From the IMG/VR virus record IMGVR_UViG_3300035003_000002, positions 1 through 40,456 of that record: a stretch of 40,456 nt of DNA; one strand, written 5' to 3'. Under the pieces are notes generated by a model, which worked only from the letters and a program-made list of their open reading frames with translations, was not told where the DNA came from and made no database searches. The DNA is from a virus. Taxonomy: Duplodnaviria > Caudoviricetes. A program made the position numbers and the translations under genes. Within the stretch, counting starts at the first letter, position 1, and every line of letters starts with the position of its first letter. Shown here one piece after another: positions 33,280 through 40,456 of the stretch.

Positions 33280-35024
33280 GCGGCATCCTTCCCGCGCTGC
33301 GCATCACTGACCTGGCCAGCGCCGACACGCTGAGCGGCGCCGAGGCGCTGGCCGTGGTGCGCGGCACCGGCGCGCAGGCGGTGACGCTGCGCAGCACGGT
33401 TTCCCAGCTGGCCGGCGGCCACACCCACCCCAGCACGGCGCTGACGCACCTGCCCGGCGGCACCGGCGCCGTGGCGCTGTCCTTGGCGCAGCTGCTGAAC
33501 GAGCTTCCCGTCAGCGTGCGCAGCTACGGCGCGGCCTGCGATGGCGTGACGGATGACAGCGCCGCCTTCCAGCGGGCGGTGGATGCCATCCCCTCGGGCC
33601 AGCAGCGCCGCATCCTTGTGCCGGCCACGGCAATGCTGAACACCGTGGTGAACAACAATTCCCGCTCGCCGATCTGGGAATTCGCGCCGGGGGCCGACAT
33701 CGTCGGCGGGGCGGCGACGAAGTTCCAATGGCCCACCCGGCGCATCGACCAATCGGCAACCGCGCGGCACGAATACACGGTGGCCCTGCCCGATGCCGGC
33801 GCCGGCACCGCGCGGCACCGCTACACCGAGATCCGCGCGCCGCGCAGCCTGGGCGCGACGCCCGGCTATGGCGTGCGGCTTGACTACATCAGCGGCTTCT
33901 ACGGCGCGGGCTTCGACATCGCCCAGGGGGTGGTCGCCTCGTGGAGCCGGCAGACCGGCGACGATGGCGGCCAGGCGCTGGCCGAATGGCTGGTGGCGAT
34001 CAGCCCGACGCTCGGCGGCGCCAGCACCAGGTGGGGCCTGTTCGTCGCGGAATGGAACCCGGTGAACCGCCACGCGGATCACGGCTGGAGCCCCACGCGG
34101 GTGGGGATGAACAACTTCACCGGCGCCTTCCAGGTGGTGCCGGAAGCCAAGGTCTTCGGCCAGGGCGGCCTCAGCTATGACGTGCTGTTCGGCATCGTGC
34201 TGTCGCGCAGCAGCGAGCTGAAGGCGACGGATGGCTACTCGGCGCGGATGCACAACGCCATCCTGCTGGAGCCCGACAGCCTCACCTCCAGCGGGCGCTT
34301 CGCCTACGTCACCGGCCGCACCGTCGCCGTCGATGGCTCCCAGACGCCCGAGGCCATCATCGAGGGCGCGGGCGAGTGGAAGGGCGGGCTGCGCCTGCAC
34401 GGCGCGACGTTCTCCGGCCAGGTGGTGACGCTGCCCGAGGCCGGCGCGCTGGCCTGGCTGTCCCCCGGCGTGGGCGGCGCGGGCAGCGAGCGCGGGCGGA
34501 TTTCGATCGGCGCCGATGGCGCCATGCTGCTGGGCTGGCAGGGCAGCACGCGCGGCGTGGCCCGCAAACGGGTGTGGGCGGCGGGGCGCCAGGCTGCGGA
34601 TGGCGACCGGCAGTGCGGCGCGCAGCTGCTGCGGCGCACCACCACGGACGGCACGGCGCTGCGGCTGACCGCCGATGCCCTGGCCAGCGTGGCGGCGAAC
34701 AACTGCACGCTGCCCCCCACCAGCCTGTTCCGCGTCTCCATCCTGATGGGTGCGCGCCAGAGCGGCGGCAGTGCCGGCACAGTGGGCGATGCCGCCACCT
34801 GGCGCATCGAGGCCGCCATCAAGCAGGGCGCCGGCGCCGCCGCGACGGCCTTCGTCGGCACGCCCACGGTGACCAAGGAATTCCAGGATGCAGCCGCCGC
34901 GGCCTGGACCGCGGCGGTCACCGCCGACACCGCGCTCGGCTGCCTCGCCATCACCGTCACCGGCGAGACGAACAAGACGATCCAATGGCTGGCCGACATC
35001 ACCAGCGTCGAGCTGGTGGGATGA
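33276..35024 (+). CDS. tailspike / receptor-binding protein, 582 aa
   Basis: RITDLASADTLSGAE N-terminus; VSVRSYGAACDGVTDDSAAFQRAVD (tailspike/pectate_lyase_3-type start motif); beta-rich C-terminal domain. Confidence 0.78.
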   Translation: MSGILPALRITDLASADTLSGAEALAVVRGTGAQAVTLRSTVSQLAGGHTHPSTALTHLPGGTGAVALSLAQLLNELPVSVRSYGAACDGVTDDSAAFQRAVDAIPSGQQRRILVPATAMLNTVVNNNSRSPIWEFAPGADIVGGAATKFQWPTRRIDQSATARHEYTVALPDAGAGTARHRYTEIRAPRSLGATPGYGVRLDYISGFYGAGFDIAQGVVASWSRQTGDDGGQALAEWLVAISPTLGGASTRWGLFVAEWNPVNRHADHGWSPTRVGMNNFTGAFQVVPEAKVFGQGGLSYDVLFGIVLSRSSELKATDGYSARMHNAILLEPDSLTSSGRFAYVTGRTVAVDGSQTPEAIIEGAGEWKGGLRLHGATFSGQVVTLPEAGALAWLSPGVGGAGSERGRISIGADGAMLLGWQGSTRGVARKRVWAAGRQAADGDRQCGAQLLRRTTTDGTALRLTADALASVAANNCTLPPTSLFRVSILMGARQSGGSAGTVGDAATWRIEAAIKQGAGAAATAFVGTPTVTKEFQDAAAAAWTAAVTADTALGCLAITVTGETNKTIQWLADITSVELVG

Positions 35025-35039
35025 GCGAAGGAAACTCCG

Positions 35040-35420
35040 ATGCCTGATGTGAACCTCTCGCCCGGCGACGTGCGCGTCGAGAAGCTGGCGCATCGGCGCG
35101 ACCCCACCAGCGGCGCGATCGAGCCCTATGTGCGGATGGGCGCCGCCGGCGCCTGGACCAACCGCAGCGGCACCATCACGGCCGGCGGCACGGCGCAGGT
35201 GCTGGCGGCCGCCAACCCCGCGCGCCGCGGCGTCTTCGTGCAGAACCACAGCGGCGCGGACCTTTGGCTGAATGACCTCGGCGTGGCCGCGGCCGCGCAG
35301 CCCAGCATCCGCATCCCGGCGGGCATGACCTGCGAATTCCCGCTGGGATGTGTGCCGGTGACGGCGCTGAGCATCTTCGGCGCCACCACCGGCCAGCCCT
35401 TCACCGCGCGGGAGTGGTGA
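35040..35420 (+). CDS. small beta-sandwich virion-associated protein
   Basis: SGTITAGGTAQVLAAANPARRGVFVQN...TTGQPFTAREW; GAAGGA SD. Confidence 0.7.
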   Translation: MPDVNLSPGDVRVEKLAHRRDPTSGAIEPYVRMGAAGAWTNRSGTITAGGTAQVLAAANPARRGVFVQNHSGADLWLNDLGVAAAAQPSIRIPAGMTCEFPLGCVPVTALSIFGATTGQPFTAREW

Positions 35421-35421
35421 G

Positions 35422-36366
35422 ATGCGCCTCAGCGGTCCCTCACGCGCCAATGTCGTGCTGCTCAGCGGCAGCGGCACCTACACCCCAAGCTCCGGCGCCG
35501 TGGCGCTGCTGCTGCGCGCCGGCGGCGGTGGCGGTGGCGGCGGCGGCGGCGCGCGCGTCAACACAGGCACGGCGGCTTCCGGCGGCGGCGGTGGCGGCGG
35601 CGGCGCCATCGTGGAACGCATGCTCCGCCTGGCGGAGGTGACGGGCGCACTGACGTTCTCGGTCGGCGCGGGCGGCGCGGGTGGTGCCGGCGCCACCGCG
35701 GGGAACACAGCGGGCAGCAATGGCGGCGCCGGCGGCCCCACCACGATGACCATGGGCGGCGTGCTGATCCTGCAGGCATTTGGCGGAGGGCGGGGCGCGG
35801 GTGGACAGACTGCCGCGAATGCCGGCGGCGGTGGCGGCGCGGGGTTTGCTGGCGCCGGCGGCGATGCGACGGCGGCCACCGCTGGCACTGCCGGCACACA
35901 GGGCGGGGGCGCCGGTGGTTCCGGTGCCGCTGGTTCGGCGGCGCAGGTGGGCGGCACGGCCTCGGGCAGCGGCGCGGGCGCGGGCGGTGGCCTCAATGCC
36001 GGCATCGGCGGCGCGGGCGGGTTCAGCCTGTCCGGCGGCAATGGCGGCGGCGCCGGCGGTGGCCTCAGCACCGTTCCGGCGGCCTTCGCGGGCGGCAATG
36101 GGCGCAGCTGCATGGTGGCCGGCGCCATCCTCATCGCCGGCGGGGCCGGCACAGGCGCGGCCGGGGCGGTGGGGGCTGCCATGCCGGGCCTGGCCGGCAA
36201 TTCCGGTTCGGGCGGCGGCAGCAATGCCGGCGGCGCGGGCGGTGATGGCGGGGCTGGCGGGCGCAGCTCGGGCGGTGGCGGCGGTGGCGCGGGTTCCACC
36301 GGCAATGGCGGCGCCGGCGGTGCCGGTGGCGCGGGCTGGCTTGAGGTGACGGAGATCTTCGCATGA
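35422..36366 (+). CDS. second glycine-rich fibre-like protein
   Basis: SGSGTYTPSSG...GGGGGGGGGG...GGAGWLEVTEIFA; same architecture as the Gly-rich domain of 32027-32830. Confidence 0.78.
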   Translation: MRLSGPSRANVVLLSGSGTYTPSSGAVALLLRAGGGGGGGGGGARVNTGTAASGGGGGGGGAIVERMLRLAEVTGALTFSVGAGGAGGAGATAGNTAGSNGGAGGPTTMTMGGVLILQAFGGGRGAGGQTAANAGGGGGAGFAGAGGDATAATAGTAGTQGGGAGGSGAAGSAAQVGGTASGSGAGAGGGLNAGIGGAGGFSLSGGNGGGAGGGLSTVPAAFAGGNGRSCMVAGAILIAGGAGTGAAGAVGAAMPGLAGNSGSGGGSNAGGAGGDGGAGGRSSGGGGGGAGSTGNGGAGGAGGAGWLEVTEIFA

Positions 36367-37256
36367 GCGGCATCCTGCCCGCGGTGCGGGTGCCGGACCT
36401 CGGCCTGGCCACCACGCTGACCGGCGCGGAACAGGTGCTGTTGGTGCAGGGCAGCGGCGCGGCCGCCGTGGCCCGTCGCGCGCCGATCGGCGACCTGGTG
36501 GATGCCGCGGCCGGGCCCATCGTGGCGGCGCAGCTGGCCAGCCAGGTGGCGCCCACCCTGCTGCTGACGCGCGACCCGCTGCCCACCGATGACAGCGCCG
36601 CGGGCATCCAGGTGTTCAGCCCCGCGCTGAACACCAACACCGGGCGGTGGTTCGTCTGCCTCGGCGCGGCGGTGGGGGCGGCGGTGTGGCGGATGGTGCC
36701 CTTCGACCTGGGGGCCACGCACATCTCGGGCCTGACCTATCCGATCGACGACATCGTGCATGTGACGAACATCGCGGTGACGGCGCCGGACGTGCTGTTC
36801 CTGAACGTGTTCGAGCTGCACGAGCGCGTGCTGCTCTCGGCCCTGGTGCAGCGCATCTTCACCGGCGGCACCGGCAGCGCGGTGAAGCAGGCGATCTGGG
36901 CCGATGCCGGCGGCCGGCCTATCGGCGCGCCCCTGGTGCAGGACGCGGTGGGCGTGGCGACCACCGCCAGCAACGCGCAGGCCGTGGGGCCTGTCGCGGG
37001 CGGCATCGGGCCGGGCCGCCTTTGGTATGGCGCGAAGCACACCGGCAGCGTGCTGCCCTTCGCCCTGTCGATCGGCAGCACCTATCACGGCCAGGCCCGG
37101 CGCATCGGCCGCGCCGGGATCCTGGCGAACAACACCATGACGGCGCTGAGCATCGCCTCGGCCTACGCGGCCGCCATGCCCACCTTCGCCGGCGGCGAGG
37201 CCTTCGGCGAGCATGTGACGGGCGGCGTCGCCGTGCCGCACTTCACGGTGGCCTGA
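36363..37256 (+). CDS. fibre/adaptor protein with N-terminus paralogous to 33276
   Basis: MSGILPAVRVPDLGLATTLTGAEQVLLVQGSG; DPLPTDDSAAG...WFVCL..AVGAAVW module. Confidence 0.75.
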   Translation: MSGILPAVRVPDLGLATTLTGAEQVLLVQGSGAAAVARRAPIGDLVDAAAGPIVAAQLASQVAPTLLLTRDPLPTDDSAAGIQVFSPALNTNTGRWFVCLGAAVGAAVWRMVPFDLGATHISGLTYPIDDIVHVTNIAVTAPDVLFLNVFELHERVLLSALVQRIFTGGTGSAVKQAIWADAGGRPIGAPLVQDAVGVATTASNAQAVGPVAGGIGPGRLWYGAKHTGSVLPFALSIGSTYHGQARRIGRAGILANNTMTALSIASAYAAAMPTFAGGEAFGEHVTGGVAVPHFTVA

Positions 37257-38632
37257 TGCCGCTGGCCGCCTGGCAGGGCCGCGCCTCCGCCACCTGGCCA
37301 TGGGAAGACCCGGCCCGGCGCGTGCGCATCATCGAGGTATTCGGCGAGAGCACCGGCGGCAACCACGCGGAGGGCACGGGCACCTGCGACCGGCTGATGA
37401 CAACGCCGCGCTCGCGCGACCGCGTGTTCATGATGAACAACCCGAGGGCGCCGGGCGGGCCCTTCGAGAACATCTTCATCCCCACCCAGGCCTCGGCGCT
37501 GATCCCCTTGGTCGATTGCCGCTTCGGCAACCGCGCCGATGGCTTCTTCGGCAATGCCGGCGACCCGCTGGGCCAGTCGCTGTCGGCCATCGCCTACATG
37601 CTGGACCTGGACGACCAGGCGCGCGGCCTGCCGCCCTGCCGCTACATCTTCGTCGTGACCGGCATGGGCGGGCGGCAGATCCACGAGATGGTGCCCGGTG
37701 CCGCGCCCTGGACCGGCGGCGTGCAGCCGCTGGTGATCTGGGACCGCCGCACCGCCATGCTGACCCGCGCGCGCGACCTGGCGCTGATCCAGTGGGGCCA
37801 GCAGGCGGTGGTCGAGGCCGAGGTGTTCATCCAGGGCTTCAACGAATTCCGCATCGGCACCACCCAGGCGGCCTATGAGGCGCTGCTGGAGGGCGGCATC
37901 ATCGCCGGGCTGAACGCGCAGATCCCGGCCCTGTTCGGCGGGCAGCCGCCGCCGCCCATCCTGATCGACCAGGTGCCCGGCGACCTGAAGGGCTTCGGCA
38001 ACCCCGTCAGCCTGGCGCAGGCCGCCGTGGCCACGCGCAACACCGCCGGCAACGTCTATCTGGCCGATGTGGCCTATGGCCTGCCCGTCAACATCAACGA
38101 CGCCACCCTGGCCGCCACCGCGCACCGCACGGCGCGTGGCGTTGTGGTGCAGGCGGAGAAGCTCGGCCTGGCGCTGGCCGGGCTGCGCCAGGGCGTGCCC
38201 CCCGCGCGCTGCCGGATCACCGCCGTGGCGCGTACCGGTACCGTGGTGACGCTGACCGCGAACCGCCCGCTGGTGCTGGACACCAGCCTGTTCCCGCTGG
38301 CCCCCGACGCCGGCCTGAAGCTGCGCGACCCGGGCGGGGCGTCGATCGCCAGCGTGGCGGTGGCCGGCAATGCCATCGGCGTGACGCTGACGCAGGCGCC
38401 GGCGGCGGGCGCGACGCTCGAGTACTCCTACGAGAACACCGCCGGCACGGTGGCGGGGGCGACCGCCGGCGTGTTCTGGACGAATGGCGAGGTGGACACG
38501 GCGGGCCTGCCCGCCGCCACCGCCGGCGCCTGGGGCAACATCCGCGCCGCCGACCGCGCCACGCCCAGCATCTTCGCCCCGGGCTTCACCATCCGCGACT
38601 GGCTGGAGATCGGCCAATGGACCATCGCTTGA
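37256..38632 (+). CDS. SGNH/sialate O-acetylesterase-like tail-associated protein, 458 aa
   Basis: FGEST (block I-like), TGMGGRQI (block II), FIQGFNE (block III), ATAHRTARG (block V-like); beta-rich C-terminal domain. Confidence 0.65.
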   Translation: MPLAAWQGRASATWPWEDPARRVRIIEVFGESTGGNHAEGTGTCDRLMTTPRSRDRVFMMNNPRAPGGPFENIFIPTQASALIPLVDCRFGNRADGFFGNAGDPLGQSLSAIAYMLDLDDQARGLPPCRYIFVVTGMGGRQIHEMVPGAAPWTGGVQPLVIWDRRTAMLTRARDLALIQWGQQAVVEAEVFIQGFNEFRIGTTQAAYEALLEGGIIAGLNAQIPALFGGQPPPPILIDQVPGDLKGFGNPVSLAQAAVATRNTAGNVYLADVAYGLPVNINDATLAATAHRTARGVVVQAEKLGLALAGLRQGVPPARCRITAVARTGTVVTLTANRPLVLDTSLFPLAPDAGLKLRDPGGASIASVAVAGNAIGVTLTQAPAAGATLEYSYENTAGTVAGATAGVFWTNGEVDTAGLPAATAGAWGNIRAADRATPSIFAPGFTIRDWLEIGQWTIA

Positions 38633-38756
38633 CCCCCGGCGAATAGCGCGGGGGTTCGGGGCGCTGGAACGCCCTGAACCGCGTGGCGTCACCACGCACG
38701 GCTTTCACCGCCCCGCACCGCTGGCCAGCGGCGGGGCACCTTAGAGCAGGTGCGAA
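38633..38756 (+). promoter_or_regulatory. structured multi-hairpin leader upstream of the adenine methyltransferase
   Basis: Stems 38653-63/38670-80, 38681-86/38692-97, 38710-16/38731-37 and 38736-41/38748-53; the last covers the putative SD. Confidence 0.6.
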
Positions 38757-39569
38757 TTGATTCGCCATGAAGACGCCACCCCGGTGACGCCGGTGGCCCC
38801 CTATCTCGGCGGCAAGCGCCGCCTCGCCGCCCGCGTGATCGCGCAGCTGCGCCAGGTGCCGCACGCCGCCTATGTCGAGCCCTTCGTCGGCATGGGCGGC
38901 GTGTTCCTCCGCCGCCCCTGGCGCGCCAAGGCGGAGGTGATCAACGATGCCTCGCGCGATGTCGCCACGCTGTTCCGCGTGCTGCAGCGCCATTACGTGC
39001 CGCTGATGGACCTGCTGCGCTGGCAGGTGACCAGCCGGGCCGAGTTCGAGCGCCTGCGCGCCGCGGCGCCCGACACCCTCACCGACCTGGAGCGTGCTGC
39101 CCGCTTCCTCTACCTCCAGCGCCTGGCCTTCGGCGGCAAGGTGGCCGGCCGCAACTTCGGCGTCTCGCCTGGCCTGCCGGGCCGCTTCGACGTGACGCGC
39201 CTCGGCCCCATCCTGGAGGCGGTGCATGAGCGCCTGGCCGGCGTCGTGATCGAGTGCCTGGGGTGGGGGGAGCTGCTGCGCCGCTACGACCGGCCCGAGA
39301 CCCTGTTCTACCTCGACCCGCCCTATTGGGGCTGCGAGGAGGACTATGGCGAGGGCGTCTTCGCCCGCGAGGACTTCGCCCGCATGGCCGAGGTGCTGGC
39401 CGGCCTGCGCGGCCCCTGGCTGCTCAGCCTGAATGACACCCCCGGCGTGCGCCAGGTGTTCGCCCGCTTCGCCATCGAGGGCGTGGAGACGACCTATTCG
39501 GTCGGCAACGCGCACCGCACCGACGGCGGAAAGGCGCGCGAGGTGCTGATCAGCCCGCTGCGCCGGTGA
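38757..39569 (+). CDS. DNA adenine methyltransferase (D12/Dam-like, alpha motif order)
   Basis: PYLGGKRRLA, YVEPFVGMGGV, EVIND, LFYLDPPY; TTG start; occupies the Mu mom position. Confidence 0.93.
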   Translation: MIRHEDATPVTPVAPYLGGKRRLAARVIAQLRQVPHAAYVEPFVGMGGVFLRRPWRAKAEVINDASRDVATLFRVLQRHYVPLMDLLRWQVTSRAEFERLRAAAPDTLTDLERAARFLYLQRLAFGGKVAGRNFGVSPGLPGRFDVTRLGPILEAVHERLAGVVIECLGWGELLRRYDRPETLFYLDPPYWGCEEDYGEGVFAREDFARMAEVLAGLRGPWLLSLNDTPGVRQVFARFAIEGVETTYSVGNAHRTDGGKAREVLISPLRR

Positions 39570-40456
39570 CGCCCTTCCAGCAGCTGCGCCGGCTGGTCAG
39601 GGTGCGACCGGTCCCACCGCGCCAGGGCGATGTCCACATAGGCCGGCGCCAGCTCCACGGCCGCCACCACGCGGCCCGACAGCGCCCCGGCCAGGATGGA
39701 GGACCCGGCGCCGGCGAATGGGTCGAGCACCAGCTCGCCCTCGGCCGCGTAGGCGCGCATCAGGAACTCCGGCAGCGCTACCGGGAACACAGCGGGGTGG
39801 CCGGTCTCGACGCCGCGGCCCTTGTGACGGGTGATGCGGATGACGCTGTCGGGGATGCGGTGGGGCTGCACGGGCCGGCCGGCATGCGTCCAATCGCCCA
39901 CCGTGCCGTCCCTCGCGCGCAGCCCGCCCTTCGCGCCCTGCATATGCCCGGCCCACCGGCAGGGGATGATCTTGTTCGGCTTGCGCGCCTGGCGGTTCAG
40001 GTGGAACACCAGCTCGAAGGATGGGGCCAGGCGGCCGGCCCACCCGCCCGGCAGGCCTGGCCCTTGGTCCCACGCATAGAGGCCGAACCGGCGCCAGCCG
40101 ATGGTGCGCATCCAGTCCAGCCAGGCCGACCAATACGGCTGCCACTCGCCCTCCCGGTGCACCATGCCGAGGTTCACCAGGACCTGGCCGCCCGGCGCCA
40201 TGGAGGCTGCCGCCGCGCGGAACACCTCCTGCATCAGCGCCGTCCAATCGCCGACCCCGCCCGTGGTGTAGGCCCGCTGGTCGCCATACGGCGGCGATGT
40301 GACCAGCAGGGCCGGGCTTGCGCCGGCGGTGGCGGCGGTCAGGATGCCAGGGTCGGATGCGTCGCCGCACACCAGCCGGTGGCGGCCAAGCAGCCAGGTG
40401 TCGCCCAGCCGGGCGCGCGAGGGGATCGGGGGCTTCTGTCGCATGCCCAGCGTCAT
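39494..40456 (-). CDS. N4-C/N6-A DNA methyltransferase (beta motif order); 5' end may extend beyond the window
   Basis: GDTWLLGRHRLVCGD, VTSPPY, HPAVFP, VLDPFAGAGS, VELAPAYVD; convergent and overlapping the Dam-like gene by 76 nt. Confidence 0.9.
   Translation of the reverse strand: MTLGMRQKPPIPSRARLGDTWLLGRHRLVCGDASDPGILTAATAGASPALLVTSPPYGDQRAYTTGGVGDWTALMQEVFRAAAASMAPGGQVLVNLGMVHREGEWQPYWSAWLDWMRTIGWRRFGLYAWDQGPGLPGGWAGRLAPSFELVFHLNRQARKPNKIIPCRWAGHMQGAKGGLRARDGTVGDWTHAGRPVQPHRIPDSVIRITRHKGRGVETGHPAVFPVALPEFLMRAYAAEGELVLDPFAGAGSSILAGALSGRVVAAVELAPAYVDIALARWDRSHPDQPAQLLEGRHRRSGLISTSRAFPPSVRCALPTE

Larger units (their letters stand above)
1..39569 (+). mobile_element. Mu-like transposable prophage (myovirus-type tail); termini not visible
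   Basis: MuA, MuB, Gam, GemA, Mor, then lysis, gp26-gp48 head/tail genes in Mu order, with frequent ATGA start/stop overlaps. Repressor/ner and TG...CA ends not found, so they probably lie outside the window. Confidence 0.96.

Noticed and set aside
35021-35047. 8-codon ORF MSEGNSDA overlapping the tailspike stop
   Set aside because: Too short to support; it contains the SD for the ATG at 35040 and is at most a coupling device.
35500-36340. GGC-rich runs as microsatellite or PE-PGRS-like gene
   Set aside because: Explained by glycine codons of a phage Gly-rich domain; no PE domain.
32027-38632. Diversity-generating retroelement or invertible fibre cassette
   Set aside because: No reverse transcriptase, no TR/VR pair differing at adenines, no invertase and no inverted fibre genes.
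435-38695. Many long minus-strand and alternative-frame ORFs (e.g. 435-2369, 1928-4057, 12147-14228, 21716-24259, 27316-29508, 32937-35477)
   Set aside because: Shadow ORFs expected at very high GC; low-complexity Arg/Ala/Pro/Gly translations lying over well-supported + strand phage genes.
1-40456. CRISPR array, tRNA or rRNA
   Set aside because: No regularly spaced repeats with unique spacers and no tRNA cloverleaf or rRNA-like sequence recognised.
39570-40456. Mu right end (MuA binding repeats, terminal CA)
   Set aside because: The region is fully occupied by the minus-strand methyltransferase and no repeated end sites were recognisable.

Overview
The window is almost entirely one very GC-rich Mu-like (transposable, contractile-tailed) prophage, probably of an alphaproteobacterial host (host is inferred, not shown). 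Gene order on the + strand: ParB-like gene, MuA DDE transposase, MuB ATPase, two DnaA-C-terminal-like HTH genes, Gam, GemA and small early ORFs, Mor/C-type activator, GH19 endolysin and holin, gp25-28 (terminase), portal, MuF, G, protease I/scaffold Z, capsid T, neck, sheath, tube, chaperone, tape measure, baseplate (gp43-48), an expanded 7-gene fibre/spike region, and two convergent DNA methyltransferases. The repressor/ner region and both Mu ends are not visible. Most notable: (1) a four-gene cassette between terminase and portal containing a clear Acb2-family anti-CBASS sponge; (2) three copies of a dyad-plus--10 late promoter whose geometry implies leaderless mRNAs; (3) a multi-hairpin leader before the adenine methyltransferase, sharing a hairpin motif with the MuA-MuB spacer; (4) a four-hairpin element after gp45; (5) a 10-bp-phased TAAGA repeat at the position of Mu's strong gyrase site; (6) a -1 frameshift in the tail chaperone; (7) a zinc-finger-less TraR-like peptide; (8) a duplicated fibre module ending in an SGNH-like esterase. 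All family calls come from motif recognition and synteny; no database searches were run.
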